From: Zygnema circumcarinatum SAG 698-1b | Lineage: Eukaryota > Plantae > Zygnematophyceae | Length of the DNA: 64,000 bases | Assembly: GCA_037447605.1 (NCBI GenBank) | Contig: CM074804.1 | Coordinates: 3,945,909-4,009,908, forward strand | Direction of reading: 5' to 3' | In this document: one piece after another, positions 1 to 10,986 of the stretch | Layout of the letters: the number at the start of each line of letters is the position of its first letter | Numbering within the stretch: position 1 is the stretch's first letter | Made by a program: the position numbers and the translations under genes | Notes under the pieces: model-generated | What the model saw: the letters and a program-made list of their open reading frames with translations, nothing else | The model's database searches: none | What the model was told of the DNA's origin: nothing

Positions 1-186
1 CACCCAAAATTACTTGAGCAAGGAAAGAAAAATGAGCGTAATGGATGCAGGATCATCATTCCCGATGCATCAAGTGGCCAATTTTTATGCTTCTTCACCT
101 TGAAAACGATTACAAATACAAGCTAAATGTCCCCTAAGTACAAGCACTTACCGATCATCAAGTGGCCTTGTATTGAATTTATTTAT

Positions 187-639
187 TCATTTACTAACTA
201 GAATTGCACTCACGTGAATAAGTTCGGTGGTGCGAGCGGCTTCTTCCGCGAGAAGTTTCCTTTCATTTCCGACTCTCAGCCTGTCAGCTTTCAGCTCATT
301 CCTCTCATCTTCTATCTTCAGCCTCTCAGATTTTAGCTCCTCTTTGGCGGAAACTACTGTTTCCGTCTCCCTCTGCAAGACCTTTGACCAATATTGAAGA
401 ATTCCCTCAGATTCATCGGCTTCAACTTTCGGTAAAAATCTTTCTCCAAAGTAGCGAATAACTGCCGTTGTCTCCATCATCAGCTCCATTTCTTGATCGA
501 TGAGTGGAACATCGTGAAAGTTGTCTCCACCAAGCTTCCGCATAGAATCAATATCATCTCTGGCCCGCCGCAGCTCCATCTGCAGGCAGTGTAGGTACCA
601 TCTCGCCTTCCTCTCGCCTGGTCCTCCGGGAGCAGTCAT
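187..639 (-). CDS. Hypothetical coiled-coil protein (probably spliced at its 3' end)
   Basis: 150-aa non-repetitive ORF with an E/K/R-rich helical C-terminal half; consensus donor CAC|GTGAGT at 214/213; GC-rich GTAC island upstream (919-1090). No recognisable family. Confidence 0.4.
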   Translation of the reverse strand: MTAPGGPGERKARWYLHCLQMELRRARDDIDSMRKLGGDNFHDVPLIDQEMELMMETTAVIRYFGERFLPKVEADESEGILQYWSKVLQRETETVVSAKEELKSERLKIEDERNELKADRLRVGNERKLLAEEAARTTELIHVSAILVSK

Positions 640-1097
640 TCAGTCTTCTGCACTTCCAATCACAGATCCACTCCTCTCCCCTCCACGCTCCTCCTCCTCC
701 TCTGCCTTATCCCTCTCTCCACCACTCCTTCCTGCATGTGTCTCCCTCCCTCTCCTCCCTCTTCTCCCTCCCTCCCTCCCTCCCTTCCTCCCTCCCTCCT
801 CCCCGGCCACCAGCTGCAACCCGCCGTCCATTGCAGGGCCTGCCCAAAAAGTGGTGCACCGCCGTCCTTGCAGCCACTCACCGCCCGCCACGTCATCACC
901 GCTCGCCCGCCTGCCGAGTCGTACGGTCAGCGCGAGCCTCCGCAATTGAGTTACAGTACAGTACAGTACAGTACAGTACTGTACTGTAGCGCGCGGACGG
1001 AAGGAGCCGTACGACCTACATGTACGGCAATGTACGGCCATGTACGGCCGCCTGCAGGGCCAGCCGGACAGGACGGGCCGCTGCTTCGGACGCGCGC

Positions 1098-1345
1098 CGC
1101 CCTCCCTCCCTCTCTCCCTCTCCCACCCTCCCTCCTACCCTCCCACCCTCCCTCCCTCCCTCTCTCCCGCCCTCACTCTCGCCCTCCCGCCCTCCCTCCC
1201 TTCCTCCCTCCCTCTCTCCCTCCCTCCCTCCCGCCTTCCCGCCCTCCCGCCCTCCCTCCCTCCCTCTCTCCTGCTCTCCCTCCCTCTCTCCTACCCTCAT
1301 TCCGGCCCTCCCGCCCTCCCTCCCTCCCTTCCTCCCTCCCCCCCT
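1098..1345. repeat. Degenerate (CCCT)n pyrimidine tract
   Basis: Near-continuous ccct/ccctct units; a similar tract at about 680-800. Confidence 0.9.
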
Positions 1346-2631
1346 CCCTCTCGCTGCCTCGGCCTGCTTCGCTTGGCAGGCGCGAGCCCGGCAGCCAGGT
1401 GGAGCGAGCCAATGCCATTTTTTTCAATTCCAGTGAGTGCATGAAGACTTATTCTGAATGGGCCTCCGCGGCCCTTTTGCGTCATGCCAGCGTCGGCCAA
1501 CACAGCGCAGGCGCTCGCCATAAGGGAAGGGTCAGAGATGCTTAGTGCCCAATATGCGTGATTTTGTTGTCAACACGTTCTTGCAAAGCACGTGCCATTT
1601 ACTATTACATTGTACCGTTTCAAGTTCACAACCTTCACTTCATATCGACAGCGCATGCCCGGCCCGCTGTTGGGGACTGTCCCGATGGCCTTCCGGCCCT
1701 CCCCTCCCTTCACGCGACGTGCCCCAAAAATCATGTGGAAACCTCTGAATTCATTTGAGAACTTCTGAAAACTATTGCAGTCATTGAGAACTATTGAACT
1801 GCGGTAGTGCAAACATCGCAGGGCATGGAAGAATCGAAGGAGAGGAGAGGAGTGATGGTGATTTGTCATACGGAGCACTCGCTCGCTGCTGCCGGATCGC
1901 GATTTGAAAGGACAAACTCAGTAGCAATAAACCCACTATAAATAACACAAAAAGCTGAAATTTTTAGCATGAAGTTGCTTGAGAATCTCAAGCTCCTTCT
2001 TAACCCTAGCCCTAGCTTGCTTATCTCCTATAGGACCTGCACTGGCCCTACTCCTAAAGAAAAATTGCTAAGAGCCATTTTCGCAAGCCGAATACAGATC
2101 TATGCTCAAGAAAGGTAAAGCGGCTAAGCATAAGTAATAAAGGCAGCCATGAAAATTGTTGCTTGTAGATAATGAGTAAAGATTAGTATGTAATTTGCCA
2201 GTCGCTCTATTTCCATCAAAGTTTCTAAAGTAGAAATAAACACTGAGTTTGTATACTTACTTCATTGCTCGTCGTCTCCGCCAAGTCGTTCCATTAGTAG
2301 CTTTTTTTATTTACATCTGCGCCATTCTATAGAAGTAGCCACTTAACCACTTGATAATCTCATAAGCACCCGAATGGCTTTTCCAGTTGCTCATGTTTGT
2401 CCATCAAAATCGATTTGCTCGTTGAAAGCTAGTTTCTCTAATACCAGTCGTACCTTTTCGAACACGACAGCCCGATTGCCTGCATGCGCTCCAAGGGAAC
2501 CAAGTCGGGAATAAGCTCCAGGGTTGTTTTCTCTCCAGAGTACGATATGCGTTTTGGTATCGGGTTTATGGAAGGCTTTCCTTAAGCACTACAGCCAATT
2601 GTTTGAAGTCTGGTACGCCCGCCCTTGCTTA

Positions 2632-2665
2632 CCATGCCATGCCATGCCATGCCATGCCATGCCAT
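2632..2665. repeat. (GCCAT)n pentanucleotide microsatellite
   Basis: accatgccatgccatgccatgccatgccatgccatg read directly. Confidence 0.9.
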
Positions 2666-4007
2666 GCGCGCGGGCCCACGCAACTCCCCGCCCCCCCCGA
2701 GCAGCGCGCCCCTGCCATTGGCCGCCCGCCCGCCGGCGGGGGTCCCGTGAAGCTTCGCGCCGGCCCGAGCACAGCCAATGGCCGGCGCCAGCGCGGCGGA
2801 CGCGTCGAGGCATGACGTCATGAGCCGTCAGCGCCGCGACAGGGCGGCCGGCGAAGCCGCCCCGGTTCCTCCGCTCGCCGGGACCGGATCGCCAAACAAA
2901 ATACTAGTACTCCGCATTCCATCGCAAGAAACATGCGTGAATCTCGTGATAGTTAGAAGTGTACCGGATTTTGATATGCGAGCTGTGACGCACGGGAAGC
3001 CCTTTCGGCGGGAAAAAGCTTGACCTGGCGAAGCTTCTCGGAGGGCGGGCCGCGTCATGATGACGCTGCGGGCGGGCGGCCCGCAGCGGTGGCCGCCCGG
3101 CACGCCACGTGGCGCCAGCCAGCCTCGTCACGCACGCGCGAAGGAGCGCGCAGCCAATCAGTTGCGACCTTGAATCTTCCCACTGAACGATATCGGTACG
3201 CGCGGCTGCGCGGGATCCATGTTGTCCCGGCCTGAACCTGGTGAAAATAAGTACGCATTCTAAGATGGGTACGGCTCAATTTGGTTTTTTGACAGCTAAT
3301 CGAAAGCCAAGAAGTATCTAAAGTCAGACGCAGTACAATGCAAAAGTACTTTAAGGTTGACTTAACCATGTCAATTCAAAGTGGATGAACGGATTCTACA
3401 TTTGTCACCACAGTTGAACCGGCCCAGGTCGTCCTCACCTGCCGGAAAGCACCTCGTCAACGAGGAACAAAGAATCCGTACTCCTCCGCTCGGCACGATA
3501 CTCATTTCGATTCCCGCATCCACGCTCTCGCCTCTACAGCTCTAAACCCTACATTTTGCATTTCATCAAAACATTTTACCTGCCCGAATCGTCCTCCGTA
3601 CGCACTTCTCACCTTCACAATTCGTTCATTGTCTGCCCGTTGTACTTTTTCCACCTGCCCGAATAATATACCCCATTTGTCCCCGAATTCGCGGTTTGAA
3701 AAAGGCCCCCTCTCCCTCCCCTCCCCTGCAACGGCCGGACGGTCCTCCGCCGTGGCGACCTCCGCGGGATAAAGAGGGAGGGGAGGAGCCCGCTCGGCCT
3801 CAGCCATGGCGGGCGGCCTGCAGACTGGGCAAGGAGGGAGCGGAAGGGCGGATCGTAGGGCTCAGATTTAGGGCTCAGGTTCTGGGTTCAGGTGTAGGGG
3901 GGAAAAGTGGGATCAGAGGGAGAGGTGGTGAAGGGGAGACGACGAGAGGGAAAGAGAGGGAGAGCGAGAGTGGGAGGGAGAGAGAGAGAGAGGGAGAGGG
4001 AGAGAGA

Positions 4008-4057
<50 letters not shown>

Positions 4058-4179
4058 AGAGAGCGTGAATAGAGGAAGGAGGGAAAGAGAAGGCGGAGGA
4101 ACGAGGGCGAAGAAGGCTCTTAAGGGTTTCAGAACCAGAGAGAGTGGGAACAGTGTAGAGAGAGAGAGAGAGAGAGAGG

Positions 4180-5694
4180 ATGATCGCGTCAGATGCTGGC
4201 GGAGGGGCCGAGCCCTCGTCCTCCGCGTTGCACTCCTCCCCCCCTCCTTCGCCCCCTCCCGCGCAGTCCTCCGCGCCGGCCCATCAGACGGCGGCCGCGC
4301 GTTCCCGAAAAGAAAGGCGGCGCAAAATGTTTTCCTCTCCCACACTTTTGTCCCTTTTCGGGCAGTCAGAATCCGTGGAGAAGCTGCCCAGGGAGCTCGC
4401 CCTCGACCAGGGTGAGGAGAGAGAGGGAGAGGGAGAGGGAGAGGGAGAGGGAGAGGGAGAGGAGCGGAGAGCCTCTCGTCACGGTCCCTTCTCTGGGCCC
4501 TTGCTGCGGTCAACGGGAGCACAAAAAAGCGGAACTGAAACGGAGGAGTTCCCGAAGAGCGAGTCCTGGTCCGGCACGGCTTCCGGGCTTAGGGTTCAGG
4601 AAGCTTCCGAACGATTCTCCAGCGACTCTTCGGGAGAGCTCGTCGTGTTGCAGACGTCTCCTTCGTCTGCGAGCGATAGCGGTAGTGGGGAGCAGAGCTC
4701 TACGGCTTCGAGGAGAGGGGCGGAGACGGGCAGGAGGGCGAGAATATGCAGATGGCTCACTACGCCTGCCGCTACTACAGGGGCAGCAACGGCAGCAAAA
4801 GGAGGAGGTGGTGCTCCTCTAGTCCCGGTTTCAGTTCCGATTCCAGCTTCACTTCCAGTTTCAGTTCCAGCCTCAGTTTCGGAGATGGAAGAGCTTCCGT
4901 CAGGGAGTGGGAGGGAGGCTCCTTCGACTTCGAAGCGGGCAAGGTTGAGTAAGATTTTTCGAGGGAGGAAGGGGGAGAAGAGTGGGAGAGGAGGGGAATT
5001 GGAAGCTTCCTATGGCGTTTCAGTGCCAGCCATGGCTCACTCACAGAGCGTGACCCTCGAGTCGACTATTCACAGGCTGCAGATTCCACCATCCTCGACT
5101 GTGGAGGTCATGACATTGATGCCGCAGAGGCTGAGAAGAGGGGAGGAGCGGGAGAGGGAGAGGGAGAGGGAGACGGAGAAGGAGAAGAAGCTGTCGGGCG
5201 ATTCCACCGGTTTTCGACGGAATTTAAAGGGGGTTTCAGGGGAACTTTCGAGGTCTGGGCCGTTGGAGGAGAAGGCGGGTGAGAAGGGGGAGCGGAGGAG
5301 AGAGAGGGGGAGCGATCAGGAGGGGGACTTTGTTGTAGTACTATTCCTTGTAGTGGTGATCCTCTATTGCCTCTTTATGGGCTGGTTTCCTGCGATTATA
5401 GCGACGGGATTTGTGGGATTAGTGATGTCCCACATGAACAAGAGGGTAGTGGAGTTGGGAAAGAAGAGTTCGAGGGGCGGGAAGAGATTAGGACAGGCGG
5501 TGATGGGTGGAGGCAGTGGGAGACAGGGAGGGAGGGAGGGGAAAGGGAACGGTAGAGTGAATGCGGTGAGCAATTTGGGGAGTCCGAGATCTCCCAGTAT
5601 TGCGGAGATTATTGAGCACAGTCAGGTAAGCGATCCGAGAACACAGGCTGTTCTCGCGGGGCTACTCAGCAGGTCAAGGAGGGCTTCCGTTTGA
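4180..5694 (+). CDS. Single-exon membrane protein, At5g23160-like plant family (start may be ATG 4327)
   Basis: 504-aa ORF: long disordered S/G/E-rich N-terminus, one hydrophobic segment VVVLFLVVVILYCLFMGWFPAIIATGFVGLVM and C-terminal QAVLAGLLSRSR. Both resemble, from memory, the TM motif (L-C-L-x-x-G-x-x-x-A-I-x-x-T) and the V(I/L)xGLLxR tail of that family. Confidence 0.55.
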   Translation: MIASDAGGGAEPSSSALHSSPPPSPPPAQSSAPAHQTAAARSRKERRRKMFSSPTLLSLFGQSESVEKLPRELALDQGEEREGEGEGEGEGEGEERRASRHGPFSGPLLRSTGAQKSGTETEEFPKSESWSGTASGLRVQEASERFSSDSSGELVVLQTSPSSASDSGSGEQSSTASRRGAETGRRARICRWLTTPAATTGAATAAKGGGGAPLVPVSVPIPASLPVSVPASVSEMEELPSGSGREAPSTSKRARLSKIFRGRKGEKSGRGGELEASYGVSVPAMAHSQSVTLESTIHRLQIPPSSTVEVMTLMPQRLRRGEERERERERETEKEKKLSGDSTGFRRNLKGVSGELSRSGPLEEKAGEKGERRRERGSDQEGDFVVVLFLVVVILYCLFMGWFPAIIATGFVGLVMSHMNKRVVELGKKSSRGGKRLGQAVMGGGSGRQGGREGKGNGRVNAVSNLGSPRSPSIAEIIEHSQVSDPRTQAVLAGLLSRSRRASV

Positions 5695-7832
5695 CTGCAT
5701 TGAAGACGCTGTGGGCGTGAATAATCTCGCCGGAAAAGAATCACAAAATGCTCGAGTGCGAATCGACAATGAGCAGTGCTTGGCCGACAATGGTTGAGGA
5801 CAGCAGGCACTTGGCCGAGATCGGCTCCATGTGCATACAAGTGCCCTGTTCGCCTTTCAGTTTTTTGTGACCCGCAGCACCTCAGAGCAGGGAGGAAAGG
5901 GCCGCCTGCCCTCGCCCTTCACCATCTTGGGGGAGTGTTTTAAGAGGTGGACCTCCTCCGCTTCAATGAGATTCTCCGATCTTGGGGAGGGAAACAACGT
6001 TTGTTGTTACAAGCAGTCGCTGATTGGTGAATAGAGTTCGATGCTCTATTCTGTTTCTGTTGCGCTTAATCGAACCATTCCACGGGGCCCGAGGTCATTT
6101 AGGTCTTTCTGTCAATACTTCGCATTTGACAAGTGGGAATGGTGTTCTATATAACGGAACCAAATCATTCAGTGATTTTTTTTTTCGGCGTAGCTTAAGG
6201 AAATGAAAGAGAGAATGAAAGAAAGTATAAGTTATAGTTTTGGGAATGAAGCCCTCCAAAAATTTTGTGGCTGCTTGTCAGGAGGGCGCTTTCTCTATAT
6301 GTGTGTCATTGGAGTATCATAGAGTTAGGGATCTTTTATATACCTGCCCGCACAGCGGAGTTGTAGCTCCTCGTTCTTTGTAAGCCAGCGTCGAGTCTTC
6401 ACCCTGCAAAGTCGTCCTTTGCAAGCTGTATAGAAGGTAGCAGCGGAATGGGGAGCCAGCTTTATGACGGAGTGGCGGGGAGGCAAAGAAGGCTATGGCG
6501 ACTGTCTTTGTCCCCGCACAAATAATGTGAATATTCATGTTGATTCAGTATTGTTCTTTTTGTGGAGCAGTCCCGTGTTGCATGTTGTGCGGCAATGTGT
6601 AGGGTTGAGTCTGAGAGTGTTCGTCTGTTGGAGTTTGTGTGTGGCTTTGCGAAACTCGCGGAGGGCCGTGTCTCCCGAAGTAAAGCTTTGCGAGTCGTCG
6701 GCCGGGGAGAGGCGAGCAAGGTCCTGCTCGCGGGAGGACGCAGATGTTGCCAGAGGTTGGCATTGAACGCGTGTCTGTTCGTCATTGGCGTTCCACTGCA
6801 AAGGGATGCTCCGACACTCCTGCTGTCGAACGTGCGCATTACAGAGAAATTGAGTTTGTGAGGGCACTGGGCAGGGGTGAACTATAGGGTGCCGCCATAG
6901 CTCCAGACGCGAGAGAGCCCTCCCTCCTTGAGATGGCCACGACGACGGTTTGAGGACCAGGCCCGCTGCGCGCCATGGAAGGATGCATGGATGCATGGAT
7001 GGACGCAAGTGAGGTCAGCCGGTGAGCCGGTCGTCACTTCAGTCCCTGCAGTACCCTCCCGGGAGAGGCTGACAAGGGACTCTCTCTCTCCGCCCCTTCC
7101 GGGAACTTCCCTACCCTAAAACCCCCCAGCCCTATAAAAACCCTCCAGCCCTCCAATCTTGAACCCCCGGATTCCCTCCCCGGTCGCCGGATCGCCCGCG
7201 GAGAGGGAGAATCGCCATCCTTTCCTCGCACGTGCAAGATGGGGCCCATCGCGTCCAGGGGATCTGGGGTTCTAGAGAACCACACGTGTGCGTGTGGTCC
7301 GGCCATTCCCACGTCACCACGTGGCCACCACGGAATCCTGAAGATACTCCCTTGTCTACTTGCGCCCTCGGAAATAATCGTATGCGCCACGCAGCTCCTG
7401 GTATTGTATCGTATTGTGCGGTATCGTATTTACTACAAGCGGGGTGGCATGGTCCTTTGAACGGCCGCAGCAGTTGCGGACCGGCGGACGGTACAGTACG
7501 GCAGGCAGGCGTGCCGGACGATCGATGGGACCGTACATGGACCGTACGTACGGCGTACAGTACAGTACAAAGGACCTTCCGCAAGCATCGCGTGCGCGGG
7601 CGGCCCTGAACCCTCCGCCTCGCTGCTCTCTGGAGCGGGCCGTACCGTACGACCGGACGGGAGCGTCACCGCGCCACGAAGCTGGCCCTGAACCCTGACT
7701 GGCCCCGCCCTAAACCCTAAACCCGGACCTCGGACTCGGAGCCTTCGTCCGCTCCCTTAGCCCTAAAGTGGAACCTTGTTAGGGTTGGGCTTCTGCGTCT
7801 GCGCCCTCCCTGAACCCCGGCAGCGCGGGGGC

Positions 7833-10800
7833 ATGCCCTCAGCGCCCGCGCTTGAACCCCGCGCCTTGGCCGCCCGCCGCAGACCCCCGCCCCCGCCCCC
7901 CCCACAGCAGAAGCAGCAGCAGAAGCAGGTCAAGTCCGAGCGGACGGCGCACCGCACGTGCGGCCCGTCGCACACGTGCGAGGCGTGCGGGGCGGCCTTC
8001 AGGAAGCCAGCGTACTTGGCGGCGCACGTGCGGTCGCACACGGGGGAGGTGCGGTCGGGGGGGGGAGAGAACGGTTAGGGTTTAGGGTGGAGGGGAAAGG
8101 AGGGAAGGGGAAAGTGAGAGGGAGCAGGGGAGGGAGAAGGAAGACAGGGGGGAGAGGAAGAGAGGAAGGGTGAGGAGCAGAGTCGGGAAGGGGATGGGAG
8201 GGAGGGAGGGACGCAAGGGGGGAGGGAGGGAGGGAGGGAGGGTGGTTTGGAAGGAAGGAGGGAGGGGGGGGGGGAAGGAAGAGGATGGAGCACCTTGTCG
8301 TTTGTGAATGTCAGTTCAGTTACAATTCTTGGTTCATCTCTTGCAAGGAGCCTGGGTAGTCTTCTTCGATGACCCCAGCTGAGGTTGGGAGTGAAACTGA
8401 AGAAATGAGGCTGTTCCAGGCAATGCTAAACAGCCCTGAATAGCCCTGCGCCCTAAATAGCACATTGCAACTCCAATTTGGAATATTTTTTTTGTTAATT
8501 CTATCGCTAAGCGTTTTTTTCTTTCTCCTGTACGCAGCGACCCTTCCAGTGCCCCGTCAGCGGTTGCTTCAGTGACTACATCCGCCAGGACCATCTTAAC
8601 CGCCACATGCTCTCCCATCAGGGCGCAATATTTCAGGTCTGCACAATTTCCACATCCTTAGGCTGAGTAATATTTTGTTCAAGATATCTTTAGGTTTTAG
8701 GGTTTTGATCTCCCCTACGCATCTGTTATCTGCTGTTGGATCGGGAAAGCGGTTTCTCCCCTCCCCCATTCATTCCTTTTTTTGGCTTTTAGGGTTAAAC
8801 TAGTACTACTTGTCTCCAGCTATCTCAGCTAGCTGCTTCCATCCCTTCTTCAGGATCGCAGTTCTCGGGATTCTTTTGCCTTACAGACCGCAAAAGTACA
8901 CCCATAAAACCTCGTCACAGTCTCGTCGTATTTTCTGGGCCCCTCCCTCCCCCCTCCCCACGCTTTCCGACTTCAGAAAAGTCGTTCTTTGCTCTCCCTT
9001 CCATATTGAAGTAACCATCTTGCTCCTCCGTCGGAAAAACAAATATTCCTTTCGCTTCGCTACTTCTCCCGTTTCAGAAAATTAATTTTGCTGGTGGGTT
9101 TTAGGGCTTTAGTGCAGCGCGGAAGGGTGTGAGGTGCGGTGCAGCAGCGCCTCCAACCTGCAGCGCCACCTGAAGCTCCATGAGACGCACCGCCAGCGAG
9201 CCATGGAGGGCCGACCCGTGAGAGCCAATGGGAGGAGGTCCGTGCGTAACGTGCTGCACGAGGGGGGCCAGGGAGAGGGGGAGGGGTTGGGAGAGGGGGA
9301 GGAGGAGGAGGAGGGAGATGGAGAGGGAGAGCAGGAGGGAGAGGGAGAGGAAGACGAAGAGGGAGAGGGCGAGGGAGAGGGAGGGGGAGAGGGAGATGGC
9401 GAAGGAGAAGGAGAGGGAGAGGGGGAGGAAGAGGCAGAGGAGGGAGTGGGAGAGGGGGACGGGGAGGGGGAGGGAGACGGAGAGGGAGAGGGAGAGGGAG
9501 AGGGGCTCTATGGGGATGGAGAACAGCAGTTGGTGCTGCGGAACATTTGTCCCGTGGAGGATTGCGGGAAGGAGTTCCACACGCAGACCCATCTGGAGAG
9601 GCATATGGAGGAGCATCAGAGTGAGTGTGAAAGGGTTGGGGGAAGACGGGAAGGAGAGGAAAGCGGCAGAGATTGGTAGGGTCCGAGTGGGAGAGGGTTG
9701 GGGAGGCACAATGGACAAAAGAGATCGAGAGGAAGTAGAGATAGTAACGTCGCAATTAGCGAGCAGAAATGAAGGACAGGGCATGGAAGACATATACACG
9801 TGATAGAAAAAACCAGCCTCATATGTCTCAGAAATGAAGAAACGAACCCATCAGCAATCCCTAATTCCCCGACAACCTTTTCAACCCTCTTGAAACCTGC
9901 AGAATGCCCGCACAATTGTGAATCCCTCTAAGCCGTGGGCCGGCCGGGGGGGGCCGTCTGCAGGTCTGAAGTACGCCGGCGCGCTGTGCGGGTTCTGCGG
10001 GCAGAGCTTTGCGGGCGACGCGGCCCTGGGCGCGCACCTCGCGGAGGCGCACCAGCGCGTGGCCTGCGCGGAGTGCGGGGCGGTGCTGGTGCGGCACAAG
10101 CTGAAGAAGCACATGGCCACGCACAACCCGCACCGCGAGCTCTTCCCCTGCCTGCTGCCCGGCTGCGGGAAAACCTACTCCACGGTGCGCGCCGCCTCCT
10201 CACATTGGGAGGGATGTTAGGCCTGCTGGCTGGTCGGATTTTAGTGGTTTTGAGGAGTTTTTTGAGTTTGTTTTGTTGAAGCAGGAAGCGTTTTTTTAGG
10301 GTTGTTGGGTTTTTTAATCCGCAACCGATGAATGAACGCTTCCCTGCTGCTCGTTTTTTTTCCAACATCGACTGGCAAAATGAACCTGTTTCCTTTTTCC
10401 CCCCCCCGGTCCCTCGCTCCCGGGCCTCCCTTTCTGCCTTCTCCCCCAGTCCCTCCCTCTGCCCCTCCTTCCTCCAAGCAACCGATCACCGAACCATAAC
10501 AGACGAAATTTGTCCTCTCCCTTCCTCTTTCCCACTCCGTCTCTACCATGTTTGCCTGAACAGGCCTTCAACAGAGAGCAGCACGTTCGCTCCGCCCACC
10601 TGCGAGAGCGTCCTTTTGAGTGCTCCTACGAGGGCTGCAACCAGCGCTTTGCTTTCCGCGCCTCGCAGCTCCGCCACGAGTCCAACGTTCACGTCATTCC
10701 GGGAGCCATGATCGCCCCAGTGCCCCGTTCGCCCCCGCGAAGCCTTCTGGACAATCCTCATCATAGAGAGGGGTTGGAAATGGGAGAGGGAGAGGAGAGA

Positions 10801-10986
10801 GGGGAGGGGGAAGAGGATGAGGAGCTGGAGGAGCAGAGGGGAGCGGGAGGTAGGAAGAGGCGGCAGATAGAGGGAGTGGACGGGCTGCTGTCTGTGCCGG
10901 GGATGCTGGAGGGAGAGGAAGATGTGACGTATGGAATGTTGCCGGGGGGAAGAGAAGTGAAGAGAGGGCGAGCTTTGGGGAAGTAG
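7833..10986 (+). CDS. TFIIIA: Transcription factor IIIA, C2H2 zinc-finger protein (5 exons, 8 fingers)
   Basis: Exons 7833-8048, 8538-8636, 9113-9620, 9964-10184, 10564-10986; GT-AG introns with compatible phases. Fingers: [103 protein letters not shown], then RKRRQI. Finger order and linkers match plant TFIIIA fingers 2-9. Confidence 0.88.
8350..8421 (+). ncRNA. Candidate cis-regulatory RNA stem-loop (5S rRNA-mimic/P5SM-like) in TFIIIA intron 1
   Basis: Pairings readable by eye: gcctgg 8350-55 with ccaggc 8416-21; tagtctt with gaggctg (G-U pairs); cttc with gaag; cccagc with gttggg around a tgag loop. Position matches the land-plant P5SM intron. Homology not verified. Confidence 0.5.

Noticed and set aside
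521-1545. Many overlapping P/S/L- or G/R/E-rich ORFs here and in most introns
   Set aside because: They arise from stop-poor CT/GA low-complexity DNA and have no domain signal.
2385-2590. About 65-codon stop-free minus-strand frame (..WRENNPGAYSRLGSLG..)
   Set aside because: No convincing start or splice partner and no recognisable motif.
6462-7008. Several 100-157 aa ORFs between the membrane protein and TFIIIA
   Set aside because: No domain, splice structure or transposon motif recognised.
9903-9963. Upstream acceptor at 9902 for TFIIIA exon 4
   Set aside because: Its phase is incompatible with the phase-1 donor at 9620; the acceptor at 9963 fits.
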